From the NCBI RefSeq assembly GCF_003918875.1, contig NW_025765292.1, forward strand, positions 744,001 through 808,000: a stretch of 64,000 nucleotides of DNA. The letters run 5' to 3'. Numbering within the stretch: the first letter of the stretch is position 1; every line of letters starts with the position of its first letter. Origin of the DNA: Haliotis rubra. Its lineage: Eukaryota. Below, one piece after another: positions 35,561 to 48,805 of the stretch. The notes under the pieces were generated by a model. That model had not been told where the DNA came from, ran no database searches, and worked only from the letters and a program-made list of their open reading frames with translations. A program made the translations under genes and the position numbers.

Positions 35561-37139
35561 TTCGTAGTGATTCATAAACACATACTATGTCAACGTATCG
35601 CATGGTGACAATCAATGGAATGTCTGGTTCAGATTGTTTACAAACAGCATCATACAGCTGTAATACTGCTGAAACAAATATCTGCTCATGATATAATCAG
35701 AATTGTACACTCGACTCTGCCTTTGGCAGAGATTTGTTATGAATGTAGAAAGCGTTTTGTCGCTTCTATTAACAAGTGTTGTAAAACTATACTCATTCAC
35801 ACACTCACTGCGAACACCTGTGTGGAAGTTGTTGTTTTACAAAGAAAAACATTGCAGATGTTTAAAAATATGCATTGATGGCGAGCAAATAAGATGTCAG
35901 CACATGGTACTGTTTAATAATGTAGAGAGGGTGGAGTGTTTTTATTGACAACAGCAGCAGCAAGCTGTATAGAGATGCACAGAAACTGTGATGGTAAAGA
36001 CACAATGCATGTTCACTAATTCACAAACATTGCAAATAAAAAAAATTGAATTCCTAAAACAGACTTGTGATGTTGAGGACGATGGCAAATTAAATATAAT
36101 CTCTCTGCATCAACACAATCAAACAGTCAGGTTTCATAATAATGATTTGTAAGATTGTTGGCTTCAAACTTATACCCATAGTTAGTTTTACTTGGCTTAT
36201 GCAGGCCTTTTGACAGAACAATTAACTGTATATGGAAAGTTACTTTCAAATAGCGCTAGAGGTAATTCACTGAAATATTTCAAATGAAACAATAATCCCT
36301 GCCATGTGTTTGTCATTTGGCAATGCTGGCATTGCAGGAAGTATATGTTTACCCTTGACTAAACGAAAGCCCCCTTGCTTTATTACAAGCAGTTCACATT
36401 TCAACCTTACACCGGTACTTGCTGTTTCATCTTAAGCAATAAGTTCCAGAACAGAAGAGTAAGAATATACACCACTACAAAAGAAATTTGTTTACAGTGA
36501 TAATTCTCTCATGGATATAAAGAACCTTTTCTTCATGGTAGTCTAATGAAATGTAATTCACAGAAACACATGTTGGTTCGATAAATTGTATTGAATAATT
36601 TTTCCAACACAGAGGAAAAAAGCTATATATTTATTTGAATAGGCGTTGCAGTTGACTGTTGGCAAACATCCAACCTCCCTCTTCACGCTGGCATATTTGA
36701 TTGTTGATGTTTCCCATGTGGCAAACACATTTGGGCAGATCAAGTTACAGGAAAATGCTAGCTTGCTGAAATAAACTATAGTCTAGTAAAGCCACAACTA
36801 ATCCTCATGGACTATGCTCTATTTCTATTTTTTGTCCTGGACCTATTTCAAATCTCAGGTCGGTAATAAAGGCCAAATATTCAGGTAAAATCTGTTCAGT
36901 CCATGGTGTTATAAGGATGAACTGAAGAATGATGACTGATGAGACAGCCATGCAGGGATGTAAGTATATTGATGTCCATTAAAATGTCTGTGGTTGTGAG
37001 GCCTTGATGTTGATCACCTGACCTTGACAACATTAACTGTTTTCATGGCATATTTTACACATAGAGCAAATGACAATGAATTTTTATCTGATTATGTAAT
37101 TGACTATGTTATATTTATTAGTATGTATTTAACAAGAGG

Positions 37140-37296
37140 TGCGATGGGGTAGTGGTTAAAGCGTTGGCTCATCATGCCAAAGACCCGGGTTCGATTCCCC
37201 ACATGGGTACAATGTGTGAAGCCCATTTCTGGTGTCCCCGGCCGATGATATTGCTGGAATATTGCTAAAAAGCGTAGTAAAACCATACTCACTCAC
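37140..37296 (+). mobile_element. tRNA-derived SINE family A, full length
   Basis: B box gggttcgattccc. TSD tatttaacaagagg at 37126-37139 and 37297-37310. Confidence 0.93.
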
Positions 37297-37680
37297 TATT
37301 TAACAAGAGGATATACTGAAGTAATGATACAAAGGTAAAGGTCATTAATGCATGACTCCAACTTTGTGGCTCTTTACATGCTGAGGATTTCCCGTGAGAA
37401 AATCAGCTTGTATTTCAACTTATTGTGACAGTAGACTTCTTTACAACAGTGAAGTTGTATGTGTTTTTAATCATCCAGTGAGCAAGACGAGGTATAGAAA
37501 GGTAGACAGAGTGACCGAGCAAGTCCTATCCAGCATGTTTATAGCTTGTTGTGTTCTGCAGCAGGCAACAATATGGAAGCTATTATGGGCTTTACTGACT
37601 CAGGGTGTGGCAAGCCAGTTTCTGAAAGCATTGACCTCATGGGATGCTGTCTGGTTACAGTGATACACAGTTAACAGTCA

Positions 37681-38257
37681 CAGGGCCTGAAACAGTATAC
37701 CGTGGTATTAGTAGAACCGCAGTATTTTGCCTACGGTTCGGTAAACCGTAATGCAATCCTACATTTCGGTTTTTGTACTGTCGTTTCTATCTAGTCATAA
37801 AATGCCAGTTTCGTTCATTCAAAACAGACCCGTGAATATCCGGGGTAGAATAGGTCTTCAGCAACCCATGCTTGCCACAAAGGCAACTATGCTTGTCGTA
37901 AGAGGCGACTAACGGGATCGGGTGGTCAGGCTCGCTGACTTGGTTGACACATGTTATTGGTTCCCAATTACGCAGATCGATGCTCATGCTGTTGATCACT
38001 GGATTGTCTGGTCCAGACTTGATTATTTACAGACCACCGCCATATAGCCGAGTGCGGCGTATAACTAAACTCACTCACTCACTCACTCACTCACTCATTC
38101 AAAACAATAAAGATTATGGTTGTTTTTTCTCCATGTTATTAAACAATGTAAGGTTTGGCTCTTATCAATTTTCTGCATTATGATCATATCTCATATACCG
38201 AACTGAAACAGACCAAACCGAAGGCCTTGTACTGCAATACATACCATTTCAGCCCTA
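37681..38257. mobile_element. hAT-like MITE containing a SINE B insertion
   Basis: cagggcctgaaacagtat ... ataccatttcagcccta imperfect TIR with ACCG/CGGT-rich subterminal repeats. A second 5' end lies at 38609. No clear TSD. Confidence 0.65.
37827..38094 (+). mobile_element. SINE-like family B, full length
   Basis: 12-bp TSD tcattcaaaaca (37815-37826 and 38095-38106); (ACTC)n tail. Confidence 0.93.
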
Positions 38258-38608
38258 CTGACCACCTGGGCCATTTGCCTCTCTCACCTGATGATGGTAT
38301 TTCCATGAACATTTCTGGATGACTATATTTTCACACAGAAACCAACATTTATAGTCCACTACTAAAGATAACGTACAGCAGAACCAATAGATGTGGCAAG
38401 TGTCTACAAGCTTATGATACCTTAGCACTGTACATTCATCACATCATTGCAAGGATTATGGGATTAATGCTAATTTCTATTAGTGCTGGATGCAAAAACA
38501 ACGCTCTAGAATCATACTAAGATATTTTGATTGACAGCTTTGGAATTCTAAAAAAAACACTTGTTAGAACATTTGTTAATGCAAATGGTTAAATGTCAAT
38601 TACTGAGA

Positions 38609-38716
38609 TAGGGGTGAAACGGTATACCACGGTATTAGTAGAACCACGGTATTTTGCCTTCAGTTCGGTATACCGTAATGCAATCAAAAAATTAGTTTTT
38701 CGGTTTTCGTACCGTC
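38609..38716. mobile_element. Truncated end of the same hAT-like MITE family as 37681
   Basis: taggggtgaaacggtataccacggtattagtagaaccacggtattttgcc is near-identical to 37681-37785. Confidence 0.8.
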
Positions 38717-38729
38717 ATTTTATTAATCA

Positions 38730-40041
38730 TTGTAAACCTTTTCTAAAATGTCTAGAAATCAATCATTTGGTCAAAATCTATGCATTTCTTTGCTTGACGG
38801 ACGCTATTTTCCTGAAAGTTAGTTCGAGATCACCTCAAGTTGTCTACTTACAAAGTCAGCAAAACAGCAACTGCAGATACCAAATTAATAGATGAGTTCT
38901 GTTTCTTTTTCAGTTATTTCAAATCAGACGAACAGAGAAACATCGAAATAACTGATTGAACTTAACTTTATCATAAATAAACGCCGTCAACCGAGTATAC
39001 TTACGCGGTCACGAATAGCGTCTGACCTCTGACAATGTTTGCTGTGATTTGACAACACACATGTGACACGCTATAATTTCAATGCCAATTATAAGAAATG
39101 TTAAATCTGAAATGTGTGTTTAAACACTGCCATCCATCTGAAGCGGACCCAATGATGTCAGAAAACTCATAATAAAACAATCTTCCTCGATTTCATTTTC
39201 TTTGATTAAATTTTATCCCATTTTCATTCATTAAAACTGTTCACAGTAACATAGGAGAAAACGTGTGTGAAATGACATCACCTCATTCTATACGCAATTA
39301 CCACTTCCTACCGCGATAGCACCAATTTCACATTATTCTCAGCAATCACGAACAGATTACTCCCTCGTCATCCATGGACCCCCAAGGTCCGCGTTACTGA
39401 CTCATTGAAGTTATATTTCACAATTAATTGCCAATATTGTGTTTTTACAGTCAAAGAGACAGGTACCGCGGGAAGTCAACGGTGACTTGTCAAACTGTCT
39501 CATACGTAAAATGTATCCATCCACTTAACCCAAAGTGCTGAACCTATGTTAATTATTATGTTAAATACGTTCGTAGAAAACATGCATAATACTAATACCA
39601 TAGCGATATATATTATCTCCGTTAAAATAACTGCTTGAGATATCAATTATTCTGGTAATGGAATAGAAATCCTTTGATGTTATATTTTCAGGTCGCTTTT
39701 AACTGAATCACCGGTAGATTGGAGCAAAACATGAGTACACAGCTGATTGTTATGTACGCCTTGGTAGCATACCAGGAAGGACAACCTGAATTATCGTGTT
39801 AAGTGATGTTTAAGTTTGATTGCAGGTTTCCTATACACATATTTATTTTCATTTACAAAGTTTGTTTTTTCACCTCCGATGATACGATATAGTACAATAC
39901 ACGAAATAGCAGTTCTGTTATGTCCATGGAAAATACATTTTTACTTGGCCTTTATTCCGGGTTATGTATAATCGCGGGTGTCTCATAACTCGGGGGATCA
40001 TCCATGGACCCAAAGACCGGCGTTATGGCGAGGGATAACTG
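38730..40041. mobile_element. Probable pogo/Tigger-like non-autonomous element; only one end recognisable
   Basis: CpG-richer interior. Ends ggcgttatggcgagggataactg (reverse complement CAGTTATCCCTCGCCATAACG). Internal repeat catccatggaccc..cgtta at ~39369 and ~39999. The left boundary is uncertain. Confidence 0.45.
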
Positions 40042-41067
40042 CAATTATAGGTATGGATCTGGTGGCTTTCCCATCACAGTTCTTATGCCTTTATGTTTGT
40101 TTGTTGTTGCTACCATCTCATTGCAAGCTATATCAGAGCAATGAAAATTAAACGACTGATAAAAAGAGAAAGCAGCTTTCTCAAGCTAAAACATTTTTGT
40201 TTCAGAAAGGTGAAATACATTTCTGCGTGAACTTTAAAAGATATTTTGAATGAATCTGAAAACTGATCAAAAACAAAATTCTGGAATGTGCCAAGATTGT
40301 GTAGCAGTACTTCCCAAGGACTGGAAAGTTTCGAAATGTTTAACCGACTGAAATGAGAGATAGGCAATGATTTAGAGCAAGGACAGTCATCTGTCACACA
40401 GACTTTAACTGTCTTGTGACAACTGTGTTGAGTTAATTAGTTTAATTTATTTATCTGTGATATGTCATCAACAGAGTCACATTCGACAAGATCTTGTTTG
40501 TGTATTGTTTTTAGTGTTTTTTAAGCATGAACATTTTCTGGGAGGCCTTGTACCACAATCACGTACTTGCTACCACACAGCTGTGAGTTCAAGGTTCCAG
40601 TGAAATTAGCCTTGCATGAAATGACAGTTTTGTTCACCCCAATGTAAGGTTTGCCTCTTGTAAATATACTGAGAATGACTTGATTTGTCTTTGGTACCAT
40701 TTAGGCCAAACTTACTGTTGTTTCCTGAGGGTTCTCACAATAACAAAATCACAGTTGCCTGCATTCAAGTCTATAATGTGAGATCTTCCCTGTTTAGGTA
40801 TGACAACATGCAACACACTGGGTCACAGCTGAGAGCTGGTCTGTTTCTGTTGTCACTTTTCAAGAATTATTCCTTCTCAGTGGCTCTGGCTAATAATAAT
40901 ACGGTTCAAACTTGCACAGGGCAGGTCAGCTCACCATCATCGTACAGTCTGTCATCATAGCTTGTATATCCTGAGAGAAACACATAAAAACAAGAGATGT
41001 TATATGATATGGATATTTCTTATTGCAGAGTTGTGTCCCTTGGAGTGTCAGGATTTGATGATAGTAA

Positions 41068-41392
41068 GGCCAGACAATTTTTATTTTTTTTTACGGATCC
41101 ACCTGTCGTATTTTTTCAAGAATACGAAAAAAAATAAAAATTAATTTTCCCCGCTCAAAAAATAAAATCCTAATGTTTTTATTGGCCAAAAAGGTATACT
41201 TACAAAGAAATGGGTTTTTTAGATTGTTTTTGGCCCTATATACACTTCATAAATTGTCAAAAGTAAAATACTTTGAGTATTTAGTAGGAATATTACTTTA
41301 ACTGGTGATTTTATTTTTATTTTTTTTCCCTCCTGCCTTTAGGTCTTCTGAGGACAAAAATCCATAAAACAAGAAATAAAATTAGTCTGGCC
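41068..41392. mobile_element. PIF/Harbinger-type MITE, copy 2
   Basis: TAA|GGCCAGAC ... GTCTGGCC|TAA; full-length homology to 30868-31184. Confidence 0.92.
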
Positions 41393-42969
41393 TAAGTGGA
41401 AATTGCAGCTTAAGCCTGATCCATAGTATGTCATTATCAAGACCTTACATAATTTGAGCTTCCTCCAGAGTTACATCGATATATCTGAAATGCTGTTCAA
41501 AGGGGGTTAAACACAACTCATCTACTTACTCTGTTGTTTTTCTTGAATATATTTGATCATTTTGTATTGATAAAGATCTGTTAGAATGAGACACAAATGA
41601 ATATAGAATATGAAGTTGATGTCCTGATTGGTCAGCTTAGACGAAGTGTTTGACCTTAACCTTCATTGCATACAATTAACCTCACAAGAGAAATTGAGTA
41701 ATATTTTTAACATATTTTTATGAATAGAAGGACTGAAGTTACAATTTCAATTACATTTGCTGAATGTAGACCTCAGTTTTTGGTTTGCTTGTGTAAGTTG
41801 AGTATTTTCGATCCATGCAAGATGAACATGGACAGTGATAATGAAAAGGACTTTATATTTCCTGAACGTGGCAGCAGTTTGTGGTGGTGCTACATATTGA
41901 TAGCATTATATCACTAACACCATGATGGTGCATGCCCCGTGGCTTAAGTTACGTTCTTCTGCCCTAAAATTAATTAGATTTTATGTTGAATTTCCATGTT
42001 ATTTTTTCAATGGTATTTTCGATTGATCAATATTCCATTACATTAATACTAAATTTTATCATCCAATGTCTAGATTTTTTTGTTGACTTGGCAAATTTAT
42101 AGCCATGAGCAATAAAATGGATGAAATGCCTGGAATGCAAATTGCTGGGAATACTTGTATGCTGTGCTGTAAAAAATATATTAGAATGAACTGATGTGAT
42201 ATGATTGTCAGTGGTCTTAAAACACTGCATGTTTACAATCTGTGTTAGCCAGTTGATGTTCTGCATGTGTGAGCTGGAAGAGAATTGTGGTGTTTACTTG
42301 GGAAAGAGTAAAAGTGATCATGCATAGGGATGTGACATACACAGTCAATCCACAATAAATGGAGTTCATAGAGGGTGTTTTGTCATTTTTTTCCATTTAG
42401 GGATTAAATAGATGGCAACATTTCCTATGTCAGCATTCTCGTGCCCTAAATAATATTATTTACGTTCAAATTCACAAAATATGGAGATGAATGAAACAAA
42501 AAACTTCATTGTGCATTAATGATTTTCATCTAATCGTGGGCTGGTGATAAATCTTCAATGAATAAGGAAAAAGGGTTAGCTCTATAACGATGATCCCAGA
42601 GGGGCTTCTGGCAGAAGAGTGTTCCCAGTTGATCCATTCTTGCTGTGAGGGGTGTTGACTTAGGATCCCTTGGTTACTGTGTGTGACATGCCTGAATTTG
42701 TGTTTATGTTCTCAACCATATATTGACTATGTTGACATCGTTGGTAGAGCTGAATGTCAATGAAAGTCAAAGAGGATCCTTAAAAACTAAACGTAAACTA
42801 TCTCTGGGCTACAACCAACATAAGTTGAGACTAGTACAGGCAGGCACACACACACATGCATGCATGTTACCATACAAATGATCATCTCACCATGTTATGT
42901 TTCATAACACTGCAAGACTAATAAGTGGTAGCACACTATGAACTCCATTTGTTGTTTACTGGCATACCA

Positions 42970-43133
42970 GGGCGGTGGGGTAGCCTAGTGGTTAAAGCGT
43001 CCGCTCGTCACGCCGAAGACCCGGGTTCGATTCCCCACATGGGCACAATGTGTTAAGCCCATTTCTGGTGTCTCCCGCCGTGATATTGCTGGAATATTGC
43101 TAAAAGCGTCGTAAACTAAACTCAGTCAATCAG
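42970..43133 (+). mobile_element. tRNA-derived SINE family A, full length, least diverged copy
   Basis: A box tagcctagtgg and B box gggttcgattccc. 13-bp TSD tactggcatacca (42957-42969 and 43134-43146). Confidence 0.95.
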
Positions 43134-43831
43134 TACTGGCATACCACAAACATGTTGTACAGTTAAACAAGTGCAGTGTACCATTGAGAGCTAAGTAATT
43201 TGTCATGCCTTTGTTAACATACAGTGTAAACAATATTGTCTATCTTAGGTTTCAAAAACAAAATTTTTTCAATTTTGGAATGAACTATTGCACTTTCTTG
43301 AATATTCTAATATTCTTCCATGTCTCAATTTAATGAAGTGAAACCTTCCTTCCCCTGGTGCAACCTCAGGTAAGAACCTTATTGCACCCAACAAAAACAT
43401 GATGCACCTGCTGCTCAATATCAAACAATATGTAATGCTTGAGTTTGGTGTTGATGATTTACAACATCATATTAACAACATTATTCTGGGTCTGATCAGA
43501 TCATTTTATGTTACTTCATAACATTTCATGATATGAACAGTAACAATCACACATGACTGTCAGAGTTGTCATCAAAGTCACTGCTCCAAGCCTGCTCCTA
43601 TTCATGCTGTTTTAAAGCTGAAGTCTGTGTTCTTAGAACAACAAAATATTAACAAGCACTGGCAGCAGGGTGGTATTAATGTATGGTTTTTACATTTTCA
43701 GGTTGCTCATTAACTCTGTCTTCTCTTGTAATAAATCTTTCATAAATTTCCATTTGAAGAGTACATGCAATTTGAGATGTCTTGCAAAGTAGGAAGTGAC
43801 ATCAGCTGAAGTGCAATGAAAGTTCAATCAT

Positions 43832-43938
43832 TGAGTGAGTGAGTGAGTGAGTGAGTTTAGTTTTACGCCACTTTTAGCAATATTCCAGCAGTATCACAAT
43901 GGGGGACACCAGAAATGGGCTTCACACATTGTGCCCAT
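43832..43938 (-). mobile_element. 5'-truncated SINE family A
   Basis: (GAGT)n followed by ttttacgccacttttagcaatattccagc..gacaccagaaatgggcttcacacattgtgccca. Confidence 0.9.
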
Positions 43939-45507
43939 TATGGGTACTGAGGATAGGGCTATGAATGACCGTCAAAGCTAAACCAATAATGTATGTGACA
44001 AATTTAGTCATGAAGACAACAATTATGTTAATATTGATATTAGTAATAACTCAAGTTCTACTTGATCTTTGATTCTCAGTCATGCATATTCACACAGACA
44101 GTGGCCATTGTACATAAGTTGTGGAAGGGACCTGTGTTTTATGTCCATTGGAATTTCTTACTGGATCTCCTTTGGCCCTGAAAGCGTATTTGTGAGACAT
44201 TTACTTTTTAGAACAAATAAAAGCAACAACACCTACAACAATACCATACTTCAAGAAGACTGAAGTTGATGTATTACTTTATTACACTTCACATGGGCAT
44301 GGAAGGCAGCAGAGCAAGTAATATTGTTGCAATGTTGTAGCTAAAAACAATCATAAATATCATCTGGTAATTTATCATATTGTTTTAAAAGAATCATATG
44401 TCTTAAGATTAATCATGGTATTAACTGTCTACATGTGACTATCTAATCTTGGAGGACATTTCCAAATTTGATGCATTAAACATAGATAGCATCTGATTGA
44501 TTGATTGCCTTTGCATGTGTTTGTGATCGAGCATCACCTTCAGCAAACAACTGGTATCATCATGATAATGATTCATAAACACATACTTATGAATTGCAAG
44601 GAACAGAGATAACAGGTGATTATTATGGTTTGTCACTTTCTTTCTATTAAAACTCTAAAGATTTCATCTTTCAATGGTTGCTTAGTTGGCAAACAGCCAG
44701 ATTGAAATACGTAATCACCTCACTTTGTTCAAGTAGATATGACATTCATTACACATTAAGCACCATTCTCTACTTTCTTCAGGGTTACATATGTGTTTCT
44801 TAGGAAACATTTAGTTCCCCGACTGAGCATGTAATGTGGAAATAAGTTGTAAAAAGAGACATATGACAGCTTTTCTATGGCCTGCTTATCAGTAGTTTTA
44901 TTGCTATCAGTGTTCTTGTTAACTGCTTGAAAACTGTCTCTTGATTTCATAATGGTTTGCCTCAAAGCACTGGTATCCCGTGTTGTCTGGATTGCAGATG
45001 TTTACAGTAGGCACTCTTTGTGATAATGTTTATCTTATAAACATTAAGAGTTAAAAACACCATTATAGAACTCAATAAGCTGGAAATGGAGAATGATGTT
45101 GAACTTAATGTTGTTTTGATGGTTTGTCAGTGCAGTTAGGGATGTGGTGATGCTGGTTTATCTGCATCAGATGTAAAGGGTGACTAGTCTTGTAGAATGC
45201 GGTGTTTATCCAAGTCAGATCAACACCACTTTGTTGGTCTGCTTACTCAAGGTTTATGGTCCAACAGTTGATCATCACCCTAATATGACAGAGATGGTGA
45301 CTCATTGGGGCATTAGTTAAACCTAGACTTTGAAAGAGTAGTGGATTGTGGCAACATTATGAACTACAGTGCGTGAAATTTACGCTGGTCCTGTGGTCCC
45401 TGACTGTAAAAATTCAACAGGACCACTAAATGATAAATTTGCAGTGGTCCTGGTGGTCAGTGAATTTTTACAAAATTTTAAAGATGTTAAAAGTTAATAT
45501 GAATATA

Positions 45508-46803
45508 CAGTACAACCAGATATTATTGAGAATTTAAGATTGTAATTTTTTATATTTGTTTCACTCATTACTCATGTATTAAATGTGAATATTAGCACAA
45601 CATAACTCCAGATTGAAAGACAGGTGAACAGTATTTTGTCAAGTCACCATGGGCAGCAATGCAGGCTTCAATGTGGCCGGGCATACTACTGATCAAAGTA
45701 GCTAGAAAGCCGTGGTCCATGCTGTCCTAATATCTGACCACCTCTTCTTTCATTTCAGCAATATTTGTCAGATTTTTCTTATTGACACTTTCCTTCATAA
45801 GTCCCCAAACATTTTCTATTGGATTTAGGTCAGGGCTATAGCTTGGCCAATCTAATAATGTCATATTTTGGGTCCGAAACCAGGCCTGTGAATGCTTTGA
45901 ACGATGTTTTGGGTCGTTGTCCTGCTTGAAAATCAAAATTTTTCCATAGAACACGTGAGCAGATGGAAGTAAATGTCCATCGAGAATATCTGTGTACCGC
46001 TCACTGTTCATATTCCCTTCAAATACACAGAAGGGGGGTTGCCCCTAACACAGATATGCCATCCCACACCTTAAATTTCGGACTGTACTTTGGGCGCTGA
46101 TACAAAGGTTTTTTAGTTTGTTTGGTCCAGAATTTCAGTGTATTAGGAAACAGCCACACAGAACTTTCATCTGAGAAAATCACATTGTCCCAGTTAAATT
46201 TCTATGCTGTAAGCACCAGTTCAACCTTCGCTCCTTTTGTTCAGGTTTCATGATCGCTGATGGAATTCCTCAACTTTTCTGCCAACCCATTGCATGCAGC
46301 TCAGTTCTGATTGTCTCCTTACAGACAGCCACAGATCCTCTATCAATTATATCCAGCCTTAAGTTTTCTAAACTCCTTCGTCTGTTTTTAGAAACAAGAA
46401 TACCAAGCCGCCTCCTGTCACCGAAAGTCAATTTTCAGGGCCTACCTTGCGCCTCCCTGGTGCTCAATGCCATATCCATTTGCAATATTTTTCAAAACAC
46501 GATAAACAGTGGACAAAGGGATGCCTGTTCTACTTGAAATCACTTTAGCTGATCTGATGTCCTTGTTATAATACTCTAAAATCAACTTCCTCTTCTCTAA
46601 ATCACCCATACTGAGGATCACTGAAAATGTTGTCTGCTAGCAAGTAAACAAAGGGAGATAACTCTTCACAAACTAATGAAAAAGGATTAACGGAGTTGTT
46701 TCTCTTGAATGAAACCAGGCACTTGATAGCTGGTCAAGCTTGTTTATACTAGAAATCAAATGAAACATATTTCTAAAATTCTCAATAATTTCTGGTCATA
46801 CTT
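45508..46803 (-). mobile_element. Tc1 (DD34E) transposon, full length
   Basis: TA|cagtacaaccagatattattgagaattt ... aaattctcaataatttctggtcatactt|TA imperfect TIRs enclosing a transposase. Confidence 0.93.
45600..46609 (-). pseudogene. Tc1 transposase, frameshifted
   Basis: Probable start MGDLEKRKLILEYY. Motifs IFSDES, FKQDNDPKH and WPSYSPDLNPIENVW, with 34 residues between D and E. Confidence 0.92.
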
Positions 46804-47758
46804 TATAGCTTTGATAGTTAAGTAAATCTACGAGTGTTATTTTGAACCAGTGAAGTACAGACAGGACCACTCATTATTGTCCAATCACTGGTCCTGTGGT
46901 CTTGTGGGAAATTTTGAAAGGTTTCTAACACTGGAACTAGGTCTAATTTTGTTGTCCAAACTGTTATTTTGGATCAGATTAGGTCTATGGCAATACTACT
47001 GCAACACAGACATCCCAGATATGTTGCATTATCTGAGATTTGCGAACAGATTATTATGTTACAGCTAACATCCATGTTTGGGGTTCTCACAGCAATGATT
47101 CAGCAAGTATAGCATCAAAAGTCTGGTGTAAAAAACATTGTTCCAGTTGATTGCCCTCGGCAGGTGTTTTTCCTTCAAAAAGAGAGGTCACTGAGTCTCC
47201 GGTCATGCATGGTGTACAGCTTTGTCTGGGTTGTGTTTGTAATAATAACCTGGCAGGTAGTAGGGATAGTCTTCTTGTGTTGGGATTTGTAACAGCCAAA
47301 ATGCAGGCTCTTTAGTCTGGCAGTTGTAAAGAACTTTCTTGTAAAATGTATTTGAATTACAATAATTACAATGAAAGTATGGAATTACCTTTGTTGATCA
47401 TGTATACAGACGAGTGAGCATGGACCAGTAACATATTTTGAAATTCTGTTCACTTAAGGTTTGAATTGAAGTTGTAGTGGTGTGAATTACAGTCAGCATA
47501 TCATACATGGTTAAGCAAAATGAAAGCACTCAGTAACATGAGATAAGCATGACTAGTTCACTGTGGAAATTCTTTTATAAGTCAATGTTTGTGACTGCCA
47601 GAACATAATGCTTGAAGGATTGTGACATGTAATGTTGATCTGTAAAGTGAAGTTGGAAGTGGCTTGACAGGTTGTGATGGTAACTCCATGTGCCCAATTA
47701 CTCTGATGTCATATTGGCTTGGTATGTTTACTTCCATGGTTTTTGGTTGGTCACATTC

Positions 47759-47878
47759 TATTTTCTATAGATTTGTGCATGTTCAGTTTTCTATAGAATG
47801 TGACATTTAGGCATATGAAACTTTCTGTATAATGTGAGATTTAGGCATGTGCAACTTTCTGTATAATGTGAGATTTGG
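47759..47878. repeat. Short ~34-bp tandem repeat, ~3 copies
   Basis: ctttctgtataatgtgagatttaggcatRtg repeated. Confidence 0.7.
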
Positions 47879-47894
47879 AATACTGATTCTATTT

Positions 47895-48805
47895 AAGAAA
47901 TACAGTTAGCTCTACCACCATGTATAGTGTAATAAAGCACACTTTTGCCCTGAACTATTATAGTTAAAGTACAAGGACGCTTGCGTCCGAGTGCTTTAAC
48001 GTTATAATAGTTCAGGGCAAAAGTGTGCTTTATTACACTTCATGGTGGTAGAGCGAACTGTATTTCTTTTCTAAGATGCCAAATTTAATACTTAATACTT
48101 TAATTTAAATTCAATAATTACGATTAATTTAAGGCAGAAAACAAACGACGGTGTCGGTGACCTAAATTAAGAATCCTCGCACAGGGTTAACTGGCGCGCT
48201 GTTCTATTGATATGTCTGTCCCCCTACGTTAAGACGAACGTTACCAGAAGAAAACAAATGATAACAGTTTGATGACGGTTTACGTTCGGATTATCTTCTC
48301 TGATTTATTTTAATTACATCTGTCGTTAACGTAAACCATATGGGGCAATATGAACATCGCATTTCTACTACCAACGTAAGTTTAGATCAGTACATCCAGA
48401 TGAAGCTCAGTAGTCAAGCGACATTCCACAATTGCATTGTGGGAATGTAAACATTGCGAACGTTTACATTAAAACTTGTGAGTCGAATTGACACATTTTA
48501 ACCATCATAAAACATAAACGTAATGTTTCCACCAGTGATGTTAGCTGCATGAAGCAACTGCAAACCAAGAAACGGGATGCAACGGAGTAGTTTACTGTAG
48601 GAGGCCGTATGAGGCGATGACAACTGACATGCATCGTGACATCGCTTACATTGTGACGTAAAGTAAAATGGTTTGATTACGAGGGGGCACACTAGAATGG
48701 CGCATTGACGGGATAATGTCATTCAGTTGTTACGTCATAAAAAAACTATACCTTTATTGTCTGATGTTTGTTTTTTTATTGTTCTAACCACTAGGCATCT
48801 TAGAA
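47895..48805. mobile_element. Hairpin-capped non-autonomous element (Crypton-like?)
   Basis: ~174-bp near-perfect palindrome at 47895-48068 centred on ggacgcttgcgtcc, then 12-bp inverted repeats ttctaagatgcc (48069) and ggcatcttagaa (48794). Confidence 0.75.

Larger units (their letters stand above)
45367..46933. mobile_element. hAT-like MITE with 6-bp TSD, hosting a Tc1 element
   Basis: GAACTA|cagtgcgtgaaa ... tttctaacactg|GAACTA; subterminal tggtcctg/caggacca repeats at both ends. Confidence 0.8.

Noticed and set aside
36930-36965. CTGATGA hammerhead core near the Penelope-like fragment
   Set aside because: No matching GAAA or stem II could be built.
42970-43045. tRNA gene (also ~37140)
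   Set aside because: The tRNA-like head runs into a SINE body and ACTC tail and is flanked by TSDs.
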